The notes under the pieces: generated by a model
Seen by the model: the letters and a program-made list of their open reading frames with translations, nothing else
Told to the model about the DNA's origin: nothing
Database searches by the model: none
Assembly (NCBI GenBank): GCA_013265495.1
Contig: MU058065.1
Span: forward strand, 9,527,720-9,591,719
Direction: 5' to 3'
Length of the DNA: 64,000 nucleotides
DNA from: Vicugna vicugna
Taxonomy: Eukaryota
Position numbers and translations under genes: made by a program
Shown: piece after piece, positions 55,836 through 64,000 of the stretch
Layout of the letters: the number at the start of each line of letters is the position of its first letter
How positions within the stretch are numbered: position 1 is the first letter of the stretch

Positions 55836-56239
55836 CCTATCTTATTTTTACTCTTTTAATGATTTACAGTGGAGAGCCAGTACATTTTACTCTTAATTAT
55901 GATGATGACTTCAGCCTGCTGACTACTTAGCTCTGTGTTTGTCACTTTGTTATTGTTTATAGTACTTCAGTAGCTGAAGATTAAGTTTTATAGAAGTAAG
56001 TTTTTCCTTTATTCATGCACTGATGATTATAGTTAATTTGGCTTGTGACTAGTATTTTCTTAAGATGTTCACAAAATTACAGATGATCGGGGTAAAAAAA
56101 TATTATAAATTAGTACATAATTTAAAAAATCTAATTAGAGGTAGGAGCACTAGCACTGAGTTATTTGTGGGAGATTATAGTGTTAGAGGTGATTTTAAAA
56201 GAAAGAATTTTAGAGTTTTGGAAAATGAAAATGTAAGAT

Positions 56240-56450
56240 GAGTTGCTGAGCTTCCAATCCTTGCCTAATTTTCTCTTCATCTGTGATGTTGGGCAAGTTA
56301 TTCCACTTGAAACCTCTGTAAGCCTTAGGTTCCAAAACTATAAAAACAAGTAAGTAAGTAATATTACCACTCTGTAGAGTTATTTAAGATTTTCCATGTG
56401 AATGATTGGAATGATTTCTGGCACGTAATAAGCAGTTAAATGTTTGTTGT
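56240..56450 (+). mobile_element. MIR downstream of or within an extended NABP1 3' UTR
   Basis: ctgtgatgttgggcaagttattccac..ctctgtaagccttaggtt..tctggcacgtaataagcagttaaatgtt. Confidence 0.7.
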
Positions 56451-59422
56451 CTAATCATACCTCAAGAACAGAAAAAAATGCAGGGTTAGGTGTGGAAGTA
56501 TTGTTACCCTTTAACATGTTGAGATTAACTAGAGAAAGATGTTCTGTTTTACTTTTGTAGTTGACACTTGCCTCAGTAATTTAATCTTGTTGTTCTGTGT
56601 TCTTTATCATTGATTAACAGATTTCTTTTTTCTTAAGGGAAGCCTTCAAAACCAAAGCAAAGTGAGTTACAATCCATAATGAATATTTGCCTTCCAGCCC
56701 GCTTGGACAGTACTCATCAAGAAGTTAAGAGGAAGAAGTTTCCTGCCTTCCTCCTTCCTGGCACTTTCAGCTATCTACTTTTAAACAAGTTTAAACACCT
56801 ACAGAACACATAAGCCATTTAGTATAGAGAAACACACTACTAGGTTTGGGTCCCATTTTATTTCTACAAAACAGTTCTGAAGTGGATTGAAATCTCATCA
56901 GGCAGGGGGCCTGTCTTATCTGGGTAGGTTCTTTGGGGAGTTGCTACAGTACAGAAATGGAAAGATGAAACCCACAGGGCCAGATAATGATGCGTAATAG
57001 TAAAGGCTGCAGTATGCTTTCCTGTGAACATTTAGACACGTTTTCCTATGTTTTACCAGCTCGCTCTTTGCTTTGTTCCTGTAGTTTTCGTATTCTATAT
57101 TTGAGGACAGTTTAACTTGAGGATGCCCTAAATATTTGTATCACTAAGTATTTGTCACTTGGATTTTTATCATTTAACATTTTAAGAGAGTTTTCTGAGT
57201 TGAGTAATAATGCCAAGGGAATGATACTAAAAACACGTAGATGTGATGTTAGCAAAAAAAAACCAAAAAAACAGTCTATGTTATCTAAAGAACATTTAAA
57301 GTATTGGAAGGTGGTTAACTGGCCCTAAAGTTTTCTCAGAAGGTACAAATTGAGAGTATTTTACATCAGTTTTAAGACACAGTGGCAGTTGTTAGATTTT
57401 ATGTGGCTCTAACATTCCAATTCAGTTGCTGACATGACTTCCGTTTTCTTCTACCTCAATAATACCATTAAGTATCATAATGTACCGTAATGGCTGTTTG
57501 CTCCAAGCAGTTTTAGGCTGCTGCGACTCTTAAGAGACATATATTTGAAAGGTTCTAGAGACAACTAACTGGAAAACCATGTGAAAGCAGTATCCACACG
57601 GAGCACTTTCCAAAGTCCGTTCTTACCTCTAGACTTGTTCTTGGGATAACTTGCCCTATGACGGCTTTTTGTTTGTTTAATCTAATTTTCCTTCTCTTGT
57701 TTTACCCCCTATCTGATGAGCGTGAACATTTTTAGTAGGAAAAGAGGGTGACAGTTCTCTGGTATGGGTTTTATGACAGGAGTAAAGCAGATGTACTTAG
57801 CCATAGTGAAGACCAGTGAAGTATGCTTCTGAGGAAATCTAATTGTGACCTGTCATGAGTATGTTAGGATTTGAGGGAGAAGCTAGAAAACACTTTAATT
57901 TCCAAGTATATTCAAGTTTTCCCCCCAGATTCCTTGAGGTTTACTTTATTAGGGATGCCACCAAAATTTGTATTCGAATACCGTGACACATTACTCCAGG
58001 TTTCAGAGCTAAAGAGTACAATGTTGTTTGTTAAAGCACCGATCACAGACTAAGGAACAGACAAGAGAATCAAGTCGAGCATGTTTCCAAAGATGTTACT
58101 AAGAGCCATTTACCACTATGAGAATTTGTATGATGTAAAGAAAATGAACATTTCAACAAGTTTGACAAGTAGACATTTAAGCCTTTTGAAAGGACTTGAT
58201 AGGTAATACACAATTTTATTGCGACTCTCCATAGTTTTAAGAACATGCCTACTGAGAGCTTGGAGACTAGCTGCTGAATTATATGAGAGCCCTGGTCTCT
58301 TAAGACTTGACACCACAGTCCTCATGGGCACATCATGTTTATTGTCTCACACCCTCAACTGAAGGAAGGACTGTTGATGAGTCTTTAAAAACCAGTTCTT
58401 TAACCATTTTCAACCAACAATTTAAGTACATTTTTTCTATTTCTTGTCACCAAAATTTATGCTACTGGAGATAGAAGAGATAGTCCAATTTCTTAGTTCA
58501 CATATTGAAAATATGTTGAATAAAATTCTCAAAGAATAGTTTATAAACCTTGAGATTCTCCCCAGGAACTTGTTAGAGATACACATGACTTTTCTGCTCA
58601 GAAGGATAATTTATAAGTGGGAGAGGTGCAGTTGAAACAAAGGCCTGGAAGATGTTTGTTTTCTGCCTTAATATCTCTCATTAATACAGAAGTAACTTTG
58701 TTTTGAAATATATATACACACATACACATACCAGTTTATCTTTATGGGGCTAGAATATACCAAGGTTCTGGATTATGAAACGTGGAAAAATTACTTAAAA
58801 GCATATAATTCCAGAGGTCAGAATTAATGGGTAAAGCGTAGTTTCAAGCAGAATAGAGTTTTGAGTATGGCCTCTGAATATGAGCACTGTAAGTTTTGAC
58901 TTAGGTTCAAATAGAATATATTAAAATCAGATTATCCATAGTGGAGTTGCCTAGCTTCATCTGGACCTGTGTAGACCGAAGTGAAAATGAGCCTTTTCAC
59001 TGAAGCTTTCTGTTTAAAAAATTAAAATAGATTTTATTACTGCTCATTTCAGCAAATGTTTGCAGCATCTTACACCTTCCTCATATCTCCCAGAGCATTC
59101 GTCAGTTCCCTACTTTGTTATGTGGAGAGATGCTGGCCAAATTGAAAAATGGGGCTGGAGGCAGGATAAACATTCCTGAGAATGCCTATAGAACCTGCCA
59201 CTTACAGATCTCAATCCTGTTCTGTACAGAGGGGCAGATATCATTAAAATTTTCCAAATATAAGTAACATTACAAGACATGAAGTTGACTGCCACATGGG
59301 GCCTAGTCTTTTGTTTCAAATGTGTATAACCCCAGTCGGAAGCTGAGTAAGACCTCTGACCTAAGTCTGGACTGCTTAAGGATAGACTGAACCCAATGAA
59401 AACGAAGTCGTCAGCACGACTA

Positions 59423-59436
59423 GTGCCATCTACTGG
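59423..59436 (-). promoter_or_regulatory. Candidate CTCF binding site
   Basis: Minus strand reads CCAGTAGATGGCAC, matching the CTCF core CCASYAGRKGGCRS. Confidence 0.55.
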
Positions 59437-60629
59437 GTGATTACTATATTGTTTCAGTAGTTTAGGAATCTGGCTTAATGTGGGGAAAAGCTTCCATTAC
59501 TCAACTGGATAAAATGTTTTGATGGGTTAAGCATGATATAGAAGATCATTAAGGAGAAGTTGGGCTGTCTGTTTAGTTCTAGTTTATGAACAGGCAACAC
59601 TGATGTCAAAAGTAAATTCCCCTTAGTTAAGCAGGTTTATTAAACAACTGCCCCTAAAGTTACAGAAAATACGGGAATTGTTGCCAGGTTTTGTATTCTT
59701 GTTAGAGTTGTCAATAATACTGATGGGAAGTGTATAAACTGTTAAAAATACCTTTGGGTGGGTGGTGGTTGGGTAAGAACCGTTGAAGTAGAACACGAAA
59801 AAGCCCTTAGAAATTGTATTCCTTTACTAAGTGGTATTTTGTCAAATCCTGGCCAGGTGACTGCTGCTGTTCTTGGAGTTATGTTAGCTTTGCAGATCAT
59901 AACCTATTTGAAATGCCAGATACAATGTGCATTGCTGGAAAGAATATCATTTTGACCTGAAGGGATCTTGGTTTCAGTCCTAGATCTAATATTTACTGGC
60001 TCTATGACCTTGAGCTTTGTTATAAAATGAGGATATTGGGGCTATATACTGGCAGGGCTCTGAGAACTATCTGAGTCAATGTATGCAAAACATCTGTTCC
60101 ATATCTAGGGCTCAGCAAATGCTATGCTCTTTCCCCATGAGCAATGGAAATGAGGCAAATACTGGTCGTTTCTCCATGCCATTATTGGGAGACAATCTTT
60201 TCCGTAATTAAAAATCTGAAATATAAGCAATTTAAATAATTGCAATTAGGTTTTGTTTTTTAAAAACAAGCTTTTGCAGTCTTTTCTGGGTGCAGAAAAG
60301 TACATATGCTGACAATTTACCACAATTACGAAGACCGCATGTGTGGTTGAGTCTTCATCGAAAAGATTGCCCAGTAGCTGAGGACCCTGTGCTGTTTTTC
60401 CATTCACCTTTGCCCAGAGGGTGAGGACATGATTATGAAAGTGCAGGGGAAAAGGGAGGACATGTGGGCCAGGTTTATGTCAGGGAGGAGGTCAGTGGCC
60501 AAGAGGAAAGCAGAGGACACTGGAAGGAATTCTATATTCGCAGAGACAGCCCTCAGGACTGCTGTGTATCCAGAATTTGCTTGTTTGCTTTTGATAAAGT
60601 ATTGGGTAATTTTCCCCAAGGTTTTTTTA

Positions 60630-61030
60630 TGAAAAAAAAATTAAAACATGCAGTGATGTTGAAAGAACTGTAGTGTAAACACCTGTGTCCTCACCAGCTA
60701 GATTTTACTGTTACCATCGGACGATACTTGTTTTTATTACATCCGTCCATTCATCCTATTCTATCCATTAATCTATTTTCAGTACATTTCAAGTAAACTG
60801 CAGACATCAGTACACTAAATATTTCTCTGTTCCAGGATGCATGTTCACTAGAGTTTACTGTTTTGCAGTTTTTAGTGTAAAATTTACTAAGAAATGCACA
60901 AATCTCAGGTGTACATTCATGAGTTTTAATGAGTAACTCCAACCCCTATCAAGATACAGAACAGTATCATCACTCTAGAAACTTCCTTAATGCACCTTCC
61001 CAAGTCAATCCCCTTCCCCAAGTCCCCAGT
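60630..61030 (-). mobile_element. Old L1MC/ME 3' fragments
   Basis: catttcaagtaaactgcagacatcagtacac and caagatacagaacagtatcatcactctagaaa motifs. Confidence 0.6.
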
Positions 61031-61999
61031 AAAACTAAAGATAACGGTTTCACACGTCAGCTTGAGATTGCCTTACTGAGTTACACAACTCCAGTTTCGA
61101 TCATGCCAGAGCAGGGCCAAAGCCAGCCTCGTCATACATCTCACAAGTATAATTCCAAGACCTTGGTATTTTTTATTCTGTCTCCTTGTTTCAATTTAGG
61201 TCCAGTTTTGCTCTTACTAATAAATTTTTTTTCCTCCCTCAAAATTTACATCTGACATACTAGATTCTTGGGGCAGAAACTGCTAGAATGAAGAACAGCT
61301 GAGCAGGAGGACTTGCAGTCCTAGGACTGTGGCTAGAAGGAGCTGGCTATCCAGGACATACCACTTTGCTCTAAGCAGCTCTGGGTCAGGGGTTGGAGGG
61401 GGAGCCTCTGGCAGGACATGTGAAGTCCCCTGGGATGGAGTACCAAAAGTAGAAGAGGTACACTGAAATGTCAGCGTTTGTAGGTCAGGTGCTCAGCTAT
61501 TCAGCAGATTTTGATTCTAAAACGCTGATTTGCTTAAGGTATGAGCTGACCAGAAGTGTCTTCTGCTCCTTAGGGTTTTGCCTTTTCTTGCCATAGGCAG
61601 GGATTAAGAGTTGACATACTCAAGAGTGTAAAAGTTCTTTGCCAAAGAAAGAGCCCACCACTCTCAGTCTACAGGGGAACACCCCTGAATGAAACACATG
61701 AAAGGAAACACAGCTGTGTGTTCTTTCCCAGTCTGTGCACACAGGTAAGCACACACACAGTAATCACTGCCAACAAAGTCATTTCTGCCTTAAGCTCCAC
61801 ACTTCCTGGTCTTAGATATTTTCCTTTTTTCATTACTTGGTCTTTCCACTTCTTTAATAGGCTTAAGTAACTTATTGAGCACTAACTATGTGCCAGAACT
61901 ATACTAGTGAGTTCCCTGCATTATCTCACTGATTCGATTAAATGACCCTGTGAGGGAGGTTTTGTTGTTCTCACAGATTTCAGATAAAAAACCTTGTAC

Positions 62000-62335
62000 A
62001 CTGGGGCTTGTCCTCTCTTGATGTGCCTGGAACCCTGAGAGAGACCCAAGAACGCAGGATGAGGGCTGGCTGCCTCACTGGAGCGTGAGAGGCCGCTCAG
62101 GCACCTTGGGTGGCAGCTGACCGACCTCTCTAGAAGTGAACGAGCCTACTTGGACTATCCAGTTCCAACTGACTTGACAGCTGACTTCAGTCACATGAAT
62201 GCGAACAGTAGAAGGAAGGACAGGGCTGAGCCCTGCGCAAACTGCTGACCGTCAGAATCTTGAGCTGATAAGTGACGTTGTTGCTTTATGCCACTGAGTT
62301 TTGAGGTAATGTGCTATAGATAGCAAAAGCTAACG
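62000..62335 (+). mobile_element. Old MaLR LTR fragment
   Basis: ccctgcgcaaactgctgaccgtcagaatcttgagc..ttgttgctttatgccactgagttttgagg. Confidence 0.6.
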
Positions 62336-62775
62336 GACGCAGTACTGAAGATACACTGGCCAAAAGATGAAGGCATGTTTACGGAAGCACTGCCTATAGC
62401 AGCAAAAGACTGGAGGCAATTCAGAGGTCCACCAATTTGGGAATGGCTGAATATAACACAGGGCATTCCCTCGGTGGAATACAAAGCAAATGCAATAGAA
62501 ATTTCTGTACACACTTTTATGAAGTGATTTTTAGGATATATTAAGTGGAAAAAAGCAAAGCACAGAATCAGACGTACAGTGTGCTACTTTTAAAGAAGGG
62601 GAGATATGAGTATTTTTGCTTTTATTTTTAAAAATGGAAGAATTGATAAATTAATGAAAAATAATCTCTTAAAGGAAAAAGAGAGAGGCACGGATGGAAG
62701 CTAGACTTCACTAAATGTTCCTTATTTTGTAGACATAACTTTAGAATCATGGCAATGTTTTACATATAGATGTGT

Positions 62776-62800
62776 ACACACACACACACACACACACACA
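62776..62800. repeat. (CA)n microsatellite
   Basis: Direct reading of the sequence. Confidence 0.92.
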
Positions 62801-64000
62801 TAAAATCATGAGAAGACACCAGCTGAGCACCTGTGAGACTCACTGGAAGCCTGGCTGAGATGCCAGCGGAGCTCACCGAGAAGCCATCCATTTGGGTGCT
62901 GATGAAACTCGCTGGGAAGTGAGCGCCCCTGTGCAGCTCATAAGCTGTGGCCGCTTTCAACTACAAGAACAAGCAGGGGAGAGTACGGTGGAACCTGTGA
63001 GAAATGCCCCTTCCTCTTCCAGTGTCCCTCTGGTAACGACAAAGCTCAACATCTTGCCAGTTGGCGAGAGAGAAGCGTTTATAGGGTCCAGCTCCAGTAT
63101 CACACAGCGGAACAAAGAAGGGTGAATTTGGAGCTGAAGAGTATTAAAGTGCTAACTGGCACACATACTGAGATGTTTGTAGATGAAATAAGAGGACATC
63201 TGCAATTTGCTTCAAAATAATCCTGTGGGTGGGGGTAGGGATGGAACAGAATTATTCCCATGTTAGTAACTGTTGAAGATGGGACTGGTATGTAAGGGTT
63301 CATTAAACTCTTCTCTTCTCTCTTCTCTTCTTGTTACATGTATTCTTCTCATATATAGGATATGTGCATTTATATGTTTATCTCATATATATATGAGAAA
63401 ACACATGTCTATACAAAGACAAATATAGGAGACATTTGTTTTCTTATACGTCTCATATGTATCTCATGTATGAGATAAGCATGTAAATGCACATGCATGT
63501 ATATATGTATATATAAAATTCCCTCCTCATTTTCATTATAAAAGATGTTTTAAAATGTGAATTGACTCATTATCTGCTCCTAGAAAGCCCATACTGTATG
63601 TTATAACCTAGCAATCCAGGACTGCTCAGAATCTGGGTGGAGCCGGGCATCGGCCTTGTGCGATCCGGGGATGGCCTGACTGAACTGTCACTCTGGCTGG
63701 TGATGGGAGAGAAAGGGAGTTCCCTCCTATTGGGAAGTTTGGGGTGGGGCCAGGAGGCCAATACCAGTAGGAATATGTTTCTGACATTGAAAGTAATTGC
63801 CTTAAGTGAGTTAGTGTGTGTCAAGCACTTAAAACAGTGCCTAGAATGTTCTAAGCTCTATGTGAGTGTTTGTTGTTGTTAGTATTTCATGTTCATGATT
63901 TCCCCAACCTGCAATACGCCCTCTGCTGATGAGGCCCCCACTTCCTTCCTGAGGTAGTATCATCAAGACTTCCTATAACCCAGGAATTCAGACCTTGAAC

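Overview
Mammalian genomic DNA, most likely a camelid (camel/alpaca). The lineage call rests on a tRNA-Ala-like Vic-1-type SINE at ~43.3 kb and young cetartiodactyl-type L1 3' ends. The window contains one complete protein-coding gene: NABP1 (SSB2/OBFC2A/SOSS-B2, OB-fold ssDNA-binding protein), + strand, six coding exons from 47841 to 54649. They splice with GT-AG introns into an intact 204-aa ORF, preceded by a CpG-island promoter and followed by a long AU-rich 3' UTR. The preceding ~46 kb is repeat-rich intergenic DNA (L1, HAL1, L2, MIR, MaLR/ERVL LTRs, MER DNA transposons, microsatellites); the ORF-track entries there are repeat-derived or spurious. Most notable observations: (1) an apparently identical 436-bp tandem duplication of the NABP1 core promoter (46600-47035 / 47036-47471), either a real recent duplication or an assembly artefact; (2) a candidate poison exon in NABP1 intron 3; (3) an L1 insertion whose TSDs enclose ~157 bp of non-L1 DNA plus a 5' inversion; (4) a doubly internally deleted L1; (5) a textbook splice acceptor in the NABP1 5' UTR. 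I do not see evidence for a wholly new biological system. Repeat family names are from pattern recognition, not from a database search.
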